From positions 37,944,001-38,008,000 of the forward strand of contig OZ336881.1 of assembly GCA_965287045.1 (NCBI GenBank): a DNA stretch of 64,000 nt, written 5' to 3'. This DNA is from Carcharhinus amblyrhynchos. Its lineage: Eukaryota. Shown one piece after another: positions 51,481 to 64,000 of this stretch; within the stretch, counting starts at the first letter, position 1; each line of letters starts with the position of its first letter. Under the pieces are notes generated by a model. That model was not told the origin of the DNA. It ran no database searches and saw only the letters and a program-made list of their open reading frames with translations. The position numbers were made by a program, and so were the translations under genes.

Positions 51481-52454
51481 TTCAATCTGAGGCAGCCAAT
51501 ATACCGCTCATCCTGATGTGGTTCAGACAAACCCCAAAGCATGGAAAGTAAACTCTCAGTGAAAGAACTGTGAATGTCTCTTTTCTCACGAGTAGGTAAG
51601 TAAGCAGCTACGAATACTGTGTACTTATTGTTGTATTTCTATGAAGCTGCTTCATTCCCCTCACTTACTATTGCAGTCTTGTTTTGCTTTCAAAGCCAAG
51701 TTTTCGGAAACCCAGGAAGCTGTAACCCAGGAAGGTTACATTGAAAATGCTGTTGAAATTTTGTGTTTGCCAAATCTTAACTGGCAATCCACCTCTCCCA
51801 AGGGGGTCGTGCAGAAGCAGTCTAACCCCAAGCCAAACATAAAAGGTGTTGGTTGGAGCTTGCTTCTCCTGCAACATGCCTGTACTTTTGTTGGATTTGG
51901 CTCCCACACTTGCACCCAAATTGATGTGTTTCTTCAGGTTAAAATTTTCACCTGTAGATCCCATCCAATTCCCATTAGGGTTTCTCCATCTTGCTGCATT
52001 TGTAATGGCACTTATCACCACAACCTGCTTACTTCTACACTAATATTGAGGAATCCAACTTTCTATGAATTATGTACGTTAACCTTTATAAAGATAAACA
52101 AGTAGATTTATAACGAGGATTTGTTTTATTCTTAATAATTTCTAATAAGCCAAAAACCTATTATTTGTTCTATTTTCTTTGGAGAACAGTGCCTTGTGTT
52201 GGGTTATGGTTCCACCGTCACCAGCAGGACTATTGTACCCAGCAAAGTAACCATCCTTCCTTTGGTATGCCCAGACAATGAGCCTTTGCACATTATTCCA
52301 ACAACTACAGGGCCAACACAGTTGATTTCAATCACATCCTCACAAGTTCTCTACAACAGGGCTCACGGGACAGCGATCAGGCCCAGGAATAACGTAGGTT
52401 GTCTTTTGTCCTGTTCCTCCTTCAGAAATACAGGGTTAATTGTACCAACCTGTC

Positions 52455-52645
52455 TGTTATATATGTTGAGGCATAGCCCCTTTAAGAGAACAGGTCATGT
52501 GACTTTAGGTGTGGGGCAAGCTATTGGCATTCACCCAGAGTGGGCAGTCAATGTTTGGAGTGTGGTGCGAATAGACACAATGAAGAGCTGTGTTCTTTGA
52601 CTCCTGATTATGGAGTAGTTGTTGAGGAGAATTCTCAGTACAACA
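52455..52645 (+). mobile_element. Possible short solo LTR
   Basis: TGTTAT...ACAACA termini, 'cccctttaag' TATA-like motif; no TSD. Confidence 0.3.
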
Positions 52646-52688
52646 GGATTTAACACCCTCTATTGCCTTTTATGACAATAATAATCTA

Positions 52689-54600
52689 CTCCATGCGTTG
52701 GAGATCTCTACTGCCTCCCGAAGATACACAAGGCAAACACCAGCTGCTCCATTGTATCGGACAATGGAACCCTGTGCGAGAACCTCTCCGGCTACGTCGA
52801 GGGCATCCTGAAACCAATTGTACAAAGAACCCCCAGCTTTTGTCATGACACCACAGACTTCCTACAGAAACTCAGCACACATGCAGCAGTTGGACCAGGA
52901 GGACCCCTCGTCATGATGGATGTCTTGGCACTCTAAACCAACATCCCCCACGATGATGGCATTGCTGCAACTGCCTCAGCACTCAATGCCGACAACTGCC
53001 AGTTTCCAGATGCAGTTTTACAACTCATTCACTTCACCCTGGATCACAATGTCTTCACCTTCAACAACCAGTTCTTCATCCAGACACATGGAACAGCCAT
53101 GGGGACCAAATTCACACCTAATATGCCAACATCTTCATGCACAGGCTCGAACAAGACTTCTTCACTGCACAGGACCTTCAGCCGATGCTATACACTAGAT
53201 ACATCGATGACATTTTCTTCCTTTGGACTCACGGTGAACAATCACTGAAACAACTATATGATGACATCAACAAGTTCCATCCCACTATCAGGCTCACCAT
53301 GGACTATTCTCCATTCTTGACACACGCATCTCAATTAAGGACGGTCATCTCAGCATTTCACTGTACCGCAAGCCCACAGATCATGATGCTCCACTTTCTC
53401 CAGCTTCCACCCTACACAGGTTAAAGAAGCCATCCCCTACTGACAAGCCCTTCATATACACAGGATCTGCTCAGATGAGGAGGATCACAACAGACACCTC
53501 CAGATGCTGAAAGATGCCCTCATAAGAACAGGATATGGCACTCGACTCATCGATCGACAGTTCTGACGTGCCACAGCGAAAAACCGCACCGACCTTCTCA
53601 GAAGACAAACATGGAGCATGGTGGACAGAGTACCCTTCCTTGTCCAGTACTTCCCTGGAGCGGAGAAGCTATGACATCTTCTCTGGAGTCTTCAACATGT
53701 AATCGATGAAGATGAACATCTTGCCAAGCCCATCGCCACACCCCCACTTCTTGCCTTTATACAACCGCACAACCTCAAACAGACCATTGTCCGCAGCAAA
53801 CTACCCAGCTTTCAGGAGAACAGTGACCACGACACCACACAACCTTGCCACAGTGACCTCTGCAAGATGTGCTGGATCATCAACACGGATGCCATCATCT
53901 CAAGTGAGAACACCATCCACCAGGTACACGGTACGTACGCTTGCAACTCAGCCAATGCTGTCTACCTGATACTCTGCAGGAAAGGATGTTCCGAGACATG
54001 GTACAGTGGGGAGACCATGCAGATGCTACAACAACGGATGAATGAACACCGCTCGACAATCACCAGGCAAGACTGTTCCCTTCCTGTTGGGGAACACTTC
54101 AGTGGTCATGGGCATTCGTCTTCTGATCTTCGTCTTAGCGTTTTCCAAGATGGCCTTCATGATACACGACAGTGCAGAGTCACTGAGCAGAGACTGATAG
54201 CCAAGTTCCGCACACATGAGGACGGCCTGAACTGGGATCTTGGGCTCATGTCACAAAATCTGTAACCCCCACGACTTGCCTGAGCTTGCAAAATCTCACT
54301 AACTGTCCTGGCTGGATACAATACACATCTCTTTAACCTGCGCTTAATCCTCTCTCCACTCTTATTGTGAGACTTTAAGACTTGATTCCCTGTAAAGACT
54401 TGCATTCCAACCATTATTTTGTAAATTGAGTTTGTGTCTTTATATACCCTGTTTATGAACAAAACTCCCACTTACCTGACGAAGGAGCCGCATTCCGAAA
54501 GCTAGTGGCTTTTGCTACCAAATAAACCTGTTGGACTTTAACCTGGTGTTGTGAGACTTCTTACTATGTTTACCCCAGTCCAATGCTGGCATCTCCAAAT
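52689..54600 (+). mobile_element. 5'-truncated Penelope-like retroelement (RT + GIY-YIG), frameshifted
   Basis: LYCLPKIHK, GTAMG, RYIDDIFFLW, VYLILC..C.E.WYSGET motifs; perfect 13-bp TSD caataataatcta at 52676-52688 and 54601-54613. Confidence 0.95.
54472..54508 (+). ncRNA. Minimal type-I hammerhead ribozyme in the Penelope 3' repeat
   Basis: CTGACGA core (54476-82), stem II GGAG/TTCC, GAAA, palindromic AGCT in place of stem III, CUA triplet (predicted cut after 54504), stem I ttac/gtgg. Confidence 0.7.
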
Positions 54601-56369
54601 CAATAATAATCTAACCCAGCCCTGGTCATGGATTGAGCACAGAGCTTGTTGGCTTAGTATTTACTGGTATTTACTGTCTGCAACTGTAAATAATATGATA
54701 AACTTATGGATAAAAGTTGGCCATACTTAAACCTACTTACTTGGCAAGTGGGTGGATGGTTAAACTACCACAGGGCAAACTTACCCGCTGAATTTCTTAC
54801 CTGTTTTGTGACAATTTGGAGTTTAACCTGTTATTTTGAGCAGGTACCAGGACATTCACCAAGTCCTTCTGTAAATATACAGGTTACAAACATTGGGCCC
54901 AGTTTGCAATTTTAACTTGTGCCCAAGTGGAGAAGTCACTGCAGATTCCCCGCCAAAGCTGAAGCTGGTCAGAAGAGGATCAGGATGTGAAGATTCCCTG
55001 AAATGCTCTGTGCTCGGTGAGCAGGAGGAAGAGGAGGCCTCTAAGTCACACATGTGAAAGATAGTCCTTAGCAATCCCAGCCTCAGGCTGCTGCTGGGTG
55101 GGCAGGAATTAATCTGACAGAAAGCCGCTGGGATGTAAAATCCACCCCTTGTTTTTGTTACAACAATGGTAGATAATGCGTGTTTCTTTTTCTTTTTATT
55201 ATCATCTCTTCTATCAGACCCGGTCCATAAGATGAAGGCAGCTGAAATAAATACTGACAGTTTATCACAATGAAAGTTCAAACCACAAAAACCACTTTAA
55301 GAAGTGACTTTTTGACTGATTCCTCAGCGTAGAAACAACTGCTTTGCAATAAATTTTGCCGCATAGTTCAAGTAGACTTGAATACTTTCAAAAACATCAC
55401 AGTCGATACAAATTAATACCACATGAAAAAAACATTAGAATATTATTCTTCACATGCTGTACTTCTCCTGTTCCTTCCTCTCGCAGCAATCAGTGGAGCT
55501 TTCTTGTGGCAAAAATGCACACTGTGACCGTGAAACATAGATTTGATAAAGGCTTTTTCTACATAAGAGGCTTCAATTTGACTTGAACCATTTTATCAGC
55601 ACAGCATAATTCGAAAGATAATGCAATGTCAATCTGTTTCATTGAATCAAGTGTGGAGAGGAGTTTAATGAAACTCTTTCATTTGTAACTTGAATGATTG
55701 CAACTTGCCTCAAACTTTAAGTTGAGCCCGTAATTCACATGTGTACCTTTGCAAAGTACAAACTGATTAACCACAGAACACTCCAGGCATAGGCATGCAA
55801 AGAATTCCTTATTATAGGATCCGTACAAAAGAACAAAACGTGATTAATTTTAAGCAGCTGTTCAAAACCAATGAAAATAAAGTGGGCCTTGTCCTGAATG
55901 TTGTGTCTCACTGTGGTAATTTTATATATGTCTGCTGTATTACCCAGGTGTCCTTGCAACACAACCCAAACTTGTCTCTTATTGGTTCCACGGGGACCTT
56001 TAAGAATAATATAAATGTAACATAATTAAACAAAATTTAAATTGGATCTGCATGCAGCCTATGTAGAAAGCCTTGCTCATGCGGTATCATTTTGCTTGTG
56101 AAGAAAATTTTATACTTGTATTGATGTTACAACAAATATAAATTTCATGGTACACTTCTCTGACCAACAACTGAGGCTGTACTTCAATTTTACATTAATA
56201 TTGACCTTGCAGACATTTATTTTACAAATCAGATTACAATAATATTTTAAGTTTTGGAATTATATTGATCACAAAAAAATGCAGTATTTGTAACCATATG
56301 TAACTAATAGATCTAGAAATACTATACTGGCAAATAGTTGTAGTGCATGCTAAAGTCATCTCTGCTAGC

Positions 56370-57150
56370 GATTTGATTTATTACTGTTACATGTATTAAC
56401 ATACAGTGAAAAGTATTTTTATGTGCTACACGGACAAAGCATACCTCTCATAGAGAAGGAAACAAGAGAGTGTAGAATGTTGTGTTACAGTTATAGCTAG
56501 GGTGTAGAGAAAAATCAACTTTCTAATGGACCGGGTAGGTCCATTCAAAAGTCTGAAGGCAGCAGGGGAGAAGCTGTCCTTGAGTCGATTGGTATGTGAC
56601 GTCAGACTTTTGTATCTTTTTCCCGGTGGAAGAGAGAACGTCCAGGTGTGTGGGATACTTAATTATGCTGGCTGCTTTGCTGAGGCAGCGGGAAGTGTAG
56701 ACAGAGTCAATGGATGGGAGGCTGGTTTGCGTGATGGATTGGGCTACATCCATGATCTTTTGCAGCTTCTTACGGTCTTGAGCAGAGCAGGAACCATATC
56801 AAGCTGTGATACAACCAGAAAGAATGCTTTCTATGGTGCATCACTAAAAGTTAATGAAAGTCATAGCTGACATGCCAAAATTTCCTTAGTCTTCTGAGAA
56901 AGTAGAGGCGTTGGTGGGCTTTCTTGACTTTCAGGACAGGTTATTGGTGATCTGGACACCTAAAAATTTGAAGCTCTCTACACTTTCTACTTCATTCTCG
57001 TTGATGTAGACAGGGGCATGCTCTTCTCTACGCTTCTTAAGTTGATGACAATCTCCTTCGTTTTGTTGACATTGAGGGAGATATTATTGTCGCTGCACCA
57101 GATTCTCCATCTCATTCTTGTACTGGGTCTCGTCATTGCTTGAAATCCGA
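56370..57150 (-). mobile_element. Rex1/Babar-like LINE 3' fragment
   Basis: AQSITQTSLPSIDSVYTSRCLSKAASIIK.PTH; same 3' UTR as 14885-15170. Confidence 0.85.
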
Positions 57151-57152
57151 TA

Positions 57153-57452
57153 AGTTTAAGTTTTGAGTTTATTTGTTAGCGTCACAAGTAGGCTTACACT
57201 AACACTGCAATGAAGTTACTGTGAAAATCCCCTTGTTGCCACACTTGTGCCCGTTTGGATACATTGAGGGAGAATTTAACATGGCCAATGCACCTAACCA
57301 GCACATCTTTTTGATTATGGGAGGAAACCAGAGGAAACACATGCAAACACAAGGAGAACATGCAGACGCCGCACAGAAAGTAACCCATGCTGGGAATCAA
57401 ACTCGGGTCCCTGGCACTGTGAGGTAGCAGTGCTAACTACTGTACCACTGTG
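57153..57452 (-). mobile_element. V-SINE with type B tail
   Basis: Matches 23444-23755. Confidence 0.9.
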
Positions 57453-57879
57453 CAGAACCCACCATACACAGTTGGGGCCCAAATCTGCCCACTGTGCCCC
57501 AAATCAATTTTCCAACTACTCACTACCTCTTCCTGATAGGTTTCTGAGTGGTGTGCGTATCAAATGTTAGTATAAGATGGCGGAATGAAACAGCAGCTTG
57601 TCTTTTACCTTTAGCAAGCACATTCCCCATACAGCTTAGCAGAGACACAAACTCCTTATATTTATACTCTCTTGGAGGTTGAGCCAGTTATGATTATCTG
57701 TCTTTAATAATACAATTAGCTTAACAATATAATCACCAAAACATGCACTTGCTGATACATTGACAGCAGGATGCATAGAATCAAACAGCAACCTGCCAAT
57801 GGTCCAGTAAAATCAATGCACTGTGACAGTGGGATTGTCACGGCAGCACCTGAACAGTTGGCAGGTATTGTTAAGTGTC

Positions 57880-58232
57880 AGCCAGGACTCAGCAGCACTT
57901 TTGGCATTACGTTAAAAGCTTCTGTGGTCCGAGTTGCACTCCAGACACTTGAGCTCAAAATCTAAATCTTACTGATGAGGTCTTAAAGCTATTCTCACTA
58001 GCAGCAGAGTGTGAGCAGCCAGAGAATTCAAGCCTACATTTTTCAGTTTTCTTTAAAATGTCCATCAGCATGACTAGAGATGACATTTATGGTGTAATAA
58101 GTAGGCACACGGAGAGCTAGGTTCACTCATGTCCTGGCAAATATTAATCCCTCAGCTAACATCACTAAAACAGATGATTTATCATTGATTACACTTTGGT
58201 ATATCATTTGGCTATTAAATACTTTGGGACAT
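57880..58232 (+). mobile_element. Deu-domain SINE remnants
   Basis: 'tgtcctggcaaatattaatccctcagctaacatcactaaaacagatga' Deu-like segment and head remnant. Confidence 0.55.
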
Positions 58233-58767
58233 CCTGTTGGTACAGGGTTCCAAAAACTGGACTAAAACTTAGGACAGCAATTAGAAGATAAAGGCTGGTA
58301 TTTTACGACCTCACTCGGACGAAGTTCCTAAAATCCCTCCCAACTCCAACAGAGAATTCCGTTCTGCGAGCCTCACCCGCCCTGATTCTGGGGCGGGTAA
58401 AGGGGTAAAATTCTTGTTAAAGAGCCAAGCTGTCTCCCTCCTTCTATCACCTGTGAAATCATTCCTGACACTGCCTTGGACTTACGCTCGAAGGCGGGAG
58501 AGGAAATTCAGTTCTGGACAGTGAGTCACGTGCGGCTTCATTTCAATCTTGTGCTGTCCTCCTGCTCAGAGTTTGAGTAAAAGTAACACAAAAAAAAAAT
58601 TGTACGTGTTGTCTCTAGTCATGGTGATGGACATTTTAAAGAAAACAGAAAATGTAGGCCTGAACTCTGTGACCATTCACACTCCATTGCCAGTAAAAAT
58701 GGCAAATTTGGTGCTCAGTCAAATCTCAGTTCAGTGCAGCTGGACCAGATCCCAACCACGGATATTG

Positions 58768-59006
58768 CCTCCAGATGCTCCTATTTCCTCCCACAATCCA
58801 AAGATGTGCAGGTTAGATGGATTGGCCATGCTAAATTGACCCTTAGTGTCCCAAGAAGTGTAGGTTAGATGGAGTAGCTGTGATAAATGTGCAGGGTTAC
58901 AGGGATGGGGGGGGTGCAGGGGTGTAGTTGGTTAAGATGCTCTTTTGGAGAGTCAGTGCAGACTCGATGGGCCAAATGGCCCATCTGCGCTTTAGGGATT
59001 TTATCG
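58768..59006 (+). mobile_element. 5'-truncated HE1-type V-SINE
   Basis: 3' half of V core plus tail. Confidence 0.85.
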
Positions 59007-61569
59007 TTCAATGGGTGATGAGCACGAGCATGAGGCATGCCAGTACATTTAACTCACTGACTAAGCTAGTTTCAACACTGATGCACACAAATAAAGTGAA
59101 ACCAAATGTAATATTTACAAGTAATTACAAGTGCAGTGTATATTTGTGTACGGAGGAGGCAGTGTAGTTGGGCAGCAAAGTTGTGGCTGTTTGACCAGGA
59201 GGCTCTCCACAGCCTTCCTGTACCTGCTGTTTCACTGATGAAAATCTTTCTCTGCTGCTGAATCACACATGTTTTCCATGCACACTGCTAGCTCATAGAA
59301 TTTTAATTGTAATGGCATGTGAAGTGTTCAGAGAGAGAGAAAGTGGCGCACGGTTCCGGTTACAACATGGGGGAGCAGCACACTGTGACAAGATCCCGGC
59401 TAACATCAACTGTTTTATACGATCGCACAAAATGAGATCACACTATTCATAGAAGAGATGGGAATTCATTCATATTAAGCATCCTACATCGTTTACACTT
59501 GATATTTGATATTTTTATACCCAAACAAAAGATTGATATACCAGTCATTGAAAAGTTACCATAAGTAATTTCAAAACCTACTTGTTGACCCAGGAGGTTT
59601 GTTCCACTTTCATTCCTGCGATTACTGAATGTAACTGCTCAGGTAGTTTGATGTAAGTTGCCGTATTCCAGCTGTCTTGATTTAACTGTGCTATGAATGA
59701 AAATTGCACATTTCATTTAAGCACATTAGAATGAAAAATATTTTTAAGTAAATCTTTGTTTCTGTGTAGCTTTATCTTAGGTTCCTTCCTCTGTAATGAA
59801 CATGCAGGAGAACAGAGACAGCCCTGCATTCTGTAAGTACAGGACCCTGGCATAAGTTCAGATCTCTAATGTAAATGAGGCTAATGGTGCATGCTCCATT
59901 GAAGTTACCTGCTCACATTTATCTAATCATTACGTCCCTATAAAAAGCCTGCTACTCCATCCTCTAATTGTTCATTTGGATCTCTGTGCATTGTAACTTC
60001 CTCTCTCCTGCCACCTGTAGCGATGGAATGCTTGAAATTTATATTAAATTTCAATCTTCAATGTTCTGGATTTTTCCTCCAGGAGCAGTTATTTTACTTA
60101 ATGCATTGTTTGAAATGTAATATCACTTGCATCATTTCCCCAGTTGCTTCATCTGCAAAGTTAGCTGGGGATGCATTTCCAAGCTAATCTCCTAAATTTG
60201 TGCCAGCTACTTCTCATAAATAGGCAGGTTGCTGGAACAAAACAAAGAGTTCAGTGGTATGGTAGAGTTGGCCACTGGTAACTACATACAACTGCACTCC
60301 TGAATGAGAAAATACCTTCCTTTATAGAATTGAATTATACATTGCATCTGCATAGTGCCTGCCTGTTGAGGTATGTTAGTTGGATCAAATAAAGTTTGTT
60401 TAACTCTGTCTAAATAACACATCTCAAACTTCAGTTCATTGACATAATTCTTCAGCATATGTGACAAAAATCTATTCTTTCTATTTACAATTATTTCCCA
60501 AACACAATATGGAAGCTTTATCTCTGTAGCAGGCAACTGATCTCAGATACCTTTTCTCTGCGTCACTGTTATTGAAATATTTAGTTTTTTTTTGATAATT
60601 ATGCTATCCAGAAGGATACAAACATTTGAAGACACTAAGGGTTGAATGTCCATGGAACTGGGGAGGAAATGACAAATGTCTGGGTTCTGAGCCAAGAAGA
60701 GATTTGGTTGAGACTCTAGACATTCATTACTCTGTTGAAAGAGCTCTGCCCAAGGGATAATATTGCTGGATTTACAGTCCTTCTCTTTCTGAATCACTAT
60801 TGTTATTACCTAAAGTAAGGAAGTGCCAAGTGCTTGTAGTTTCTGCTAGTAATGTTTCAAAAGTCTGATTGATTTACATTTTATAGGGTTATAGTTTTTA
60901 AAAAAGTATTTAGTAAAGAAAGTTATGAATATATGAGTGTTCGCAAGTATTTTTCACTCATAATTATAATTATAGGATTCATTGATTTTGTACTGGGTGA
61001 AAACGCATGGATTGCCATAGGTGTACAGGGTATGAGAAGAAATTAGGAGGAAGGGCATAAGTTAGCCTGAAGAATATGAGAGGCCCTAGGATTGGGTGGA
61101 AGGGTACAGGTTGGCTTGGAAGATATTGGGGCCAAGTGTGTGTTTTGAGGGGCATAAGTTGGCATGCAGGGGCATAGGGAGTGTGTGGGAGGTGAGGAGT
61201 GAAGGCCAGGGGGCTGATTTCTGTTTTATTACTTTGGTTGCAACTGGGACAAAGTCCCAGGGCACCAAGGTGGGCCCTTTAACCAGCCTGCCTCTACACA
61301 GGGCATCCCCTTTGGTTGCATCCAAACTTAATCAGGGGGTAATCGGCCCTCTTAACACCACCCCCAGCCTGGAAGGAGAATCATGCCTTTGCCACCCACT
61401 TCTTCCCAAGATGGGTGAACTGAGCCAGAAAAGTTCCCGATTCCCACTACCCTCCCCCCACCCCCCAGCCCTAAACATTTTAAGATCCTCCATTTTTCTA
61501 AATGAGTTCAGAAGGTCAAAGGACTACAATGACCTTTCCATTTGGCTTTCTCATGTTCTGAATTATCAA

Positions 61570-62720
61570 GGATGAGGAGGATTACAAAAGCCAGGAGGCA
61601 CCACAGCCTCAGACGGCATTCTCAGTGCATCACCCTCCCTGAAAGTCTTTGGTGAATTTGTGTCAAAGCAGCAGCTATCAGAGGAACCATGTGCAAGAAT
61701 TGTGCTTCACCAGTGAAGCAGTTAGCACCCTATGTGCAACAGGGAAACCTGAAGCTGCTGGCTACATATTGCAAGGCCAAGTGAATCAACACAAAGGTAA
61801 CCATACCCTCATTCTCTCTGGCTCCAATTCGTGATACAGCTGATATCCTGAATATTGCGCTGGGATAAACCCAAAGGATTAATATTCAAACTCAAGATAA
61901 CTTTAACTGGCAGTGTTGCATAGTTGTTCAGTTTTGCCTGCAGGCTATCCCAAAGGATGTGGCAGATTCTGTCCCAGCCTTTTTATGTAAGTCTCCACTG
62001 TCATTGCCAGATTGCTGTGTGTTAGATTGTAGACCCGTTTTGTGATGTAGCTTTGGGACTTGATGACCTTGTTTGCCTTCCATCATTCCAAGTGCCTTTC
62101 CCTGCGCTTCCCCGTTCTCCTCTGCTCATCTAGTGCAAGTGAATTATTGAGGCTGTAAAATTGGACTCCTTGGTGCCATTGGTGTCTGTGCTACAGGAGG
62201 CTAGAGGTTCCTGAAAATGGTGGCTAATCGATTTCCAATGTGTCTTGTGAGGGGCATCATGGCATATGTGGTGATAGTACAGGCATGCCTACACCAAGAT
62301 CATGCAGAGTGGGAAGATCTGGACAACACTCAGTATCTAACAGTGATTTGGCACCCGACCTGCCAGTTTGACCTCTTTGTGTTCTCATTTAAACATTCTC
62401 AGGTGAATATACATGCACATATGTGAAATATAGCCTGCCTACTCCCACACTTTCTTTTGCTTCTATAGGGTGGATAGAATTATTGTATGCAGTGTTGGTG
62501 GAGGAGCTCTCCAATGTCCTATGTCCATGCCTATTCACCCATGTCTCCACGTCCAGGGAGTGGTGTTGGACTTTTGCAAGGAATACAGTGGAGTTTGAAG
62601 GCCTGTCAGCCGAAAACCATTAATGGAGACTAATGTTGCCACCCCTTTTGGGTTCCAGCCTGACTAGAAGGTGGAGCCCTGGCAGCAGCAAGGGAATCTG
62701 TGCAATAGGAGAAGGAGGAA
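61570..62720 (+). pseudogene. Highly decayed Harbinger-like transposase
   Basis: LSEEPC / LCFTSEAVSTLC near 61680 and GGALQ.P near 62500, in the same order as the 27.4-28.4 kb and 50.6-51.5 kb copies. Confidence 0.4.
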
Positions 62721-62727
62721 GGCTCAA

Positions 62728-63045
62728 AATAGAAACATAGAAACATGGAAACATAGAAAATAGAAACAGGAGTCGGCTATTTGTCCCTTTGAGCCTGCTC
62801 CACCATTCATTTGATCGTGGCAGATCATCTAATTCAATATCCTGATCCTACCTTCCCCCACCCCTCCCCCCATATTCCTTGATCATTTTAGCCCTGAGAG
62901 CTGTATCTAATTTTTTTTCTTGAAATCACACAATGTTTTGGTCTCAACTGCTTTCTGTGGTAGTGAATTCCACACATTCACCACCTCCTGGGTGAAGAAA
63001 TTTCTCCTCATCTCAGTCCCAAAGAGGTTTTTCCCTTATCCTCAA
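62728..63045 (-). mobile_element. CR1 3' fragment
   Basis: Minus strand RRNFFTQEVVNVWNSLPQKAVE; (TATGTTTC)n-like tail. Confidence 0.85.
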
Positions 63046-63171
63046 ACTAATAGGAAAAACCAGTCCAACACACTCACATCACTCTCTCTAGCCCAGCTGC
63101 CTGCATCAGATCATGCAGGATGTCAGTAACCTAGAAGCAAAAGGAGGGTAGCCTCAAGGAAAAGTAGTTAA

Positions 63172-63427
63172 GGCTTATTTATTTGTCGCAAGTGGGCTTA
63201 CATTAACACTACAATGAAGTTACTGTATCACACTCCGGCGCTGTTCAGGTACACTGAGGGAAAATTTAGCATGGCAAATGTACCAATCTATGGGAGGAAA
63301 TGGGGGCACCTGGGGGAAACTCACGCAGACACGGAAAACGTGTAGACTCCAAATTGACCCAAGCCGGGAATCGAACCCAGCTCCCTGGTGCTGAGAGGCA
63401 GCAGCACTAGCCACTGTGCCACCACAC
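63172..63427 (-). mobile_element. V-SINE with type B tail
   Basis: Matches 23444-23755 with deletions. Confidence 0.85.
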
Positions 63428-64000
63428 TGCTGCTGTGCCACATGCCATCCTCACCGAACTTCACCACCAAAGCCCTCGAGGCCCTTATTCAATGAATGGA
63501 ATCTGTTTGGCCACAGTTAAATGGCATTAATTGTTAACCTGCCACTCCCCTTCATTGATGGGATGGCAAAGTTGATACAGCTGTGTCTTCTTCATTCTCC
63601 AAGGCTGCATTGCTCTTGTCTACTGCGCAACTTTTCCAAATCTGATGTGAGACTATTGTAATATGCTTATTGCTTTAAAAACAGAACATTCAAAGTCTAT
63701 CTTGCTCTTGCTTCCTGAGCAACAGGCTCTGAGTCCTGGGTAACTGACCTGGACCCTGTCCACTGTAGTGGTACCATCAAGTCAGCACGCATTCCAAGAA
63801 GGAGTCTCAGAGCCCAGTTTAGTGGTCTTCCCACACTTCTTCATACCCCTCCCAGACAGAACTGATCTTGACTTTGATTTTGAAAGATGTTATTTTGCTT
63901 GATTGTCAAGATAGTGGTGCTACACCTGTATTACAGGGTGGAGCTCGACCCTCACCCTCTCACTGTTTGTGTGCTGCTGATTTACCTGGAGCCTCACAAT

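Noticed and set aside
1-64000. CRISPR arrays, operons, rRNA genes
   Set aside because: Eukaryotic repeat landscape; no regularly spaced direct repeats or rRNA-like sequence seen.

Overview
Repeat-dense, apparently non-genic vertebrate DNA. The repeat families (HE1-type V-SINEs, HER1/CR1 LINEs, Deu-domain SINEs, Penelope-like elements) point to a cartilaginous fish (shark/ray). No host protein-coding gene could be supported. The only long intact ORF is the endonuclease/reverse-transcriptase ORF2 of a young, 5'-truncated CR1 LINE (~34.5-37.8 kb). The most interesting signal is at its ORF1/ORF2 junction: a correctly phased U-UUA-AAC slippery heptamer directly before the ORF1 stop, a 6-nt spacer and a G-quadruplex-capable tract, with the -1 frame open into ORF2, suggesting an ORF1-ORF2 fusion made by programmed -1 frameshifting. 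Also present: Penelope copies with target-site duplications and a minimal hammerhead ribozyme, a ~110-bp Penelope fold-back palindrome centred next to the predicted cleavage site, several SINE-LINE shared-tail pairs, decayed Harbinger and Tigger transposases, and Harbinger-type MITEs. Family names come from recognised motifs, not database searches, and most repeat boundaries are approximate.
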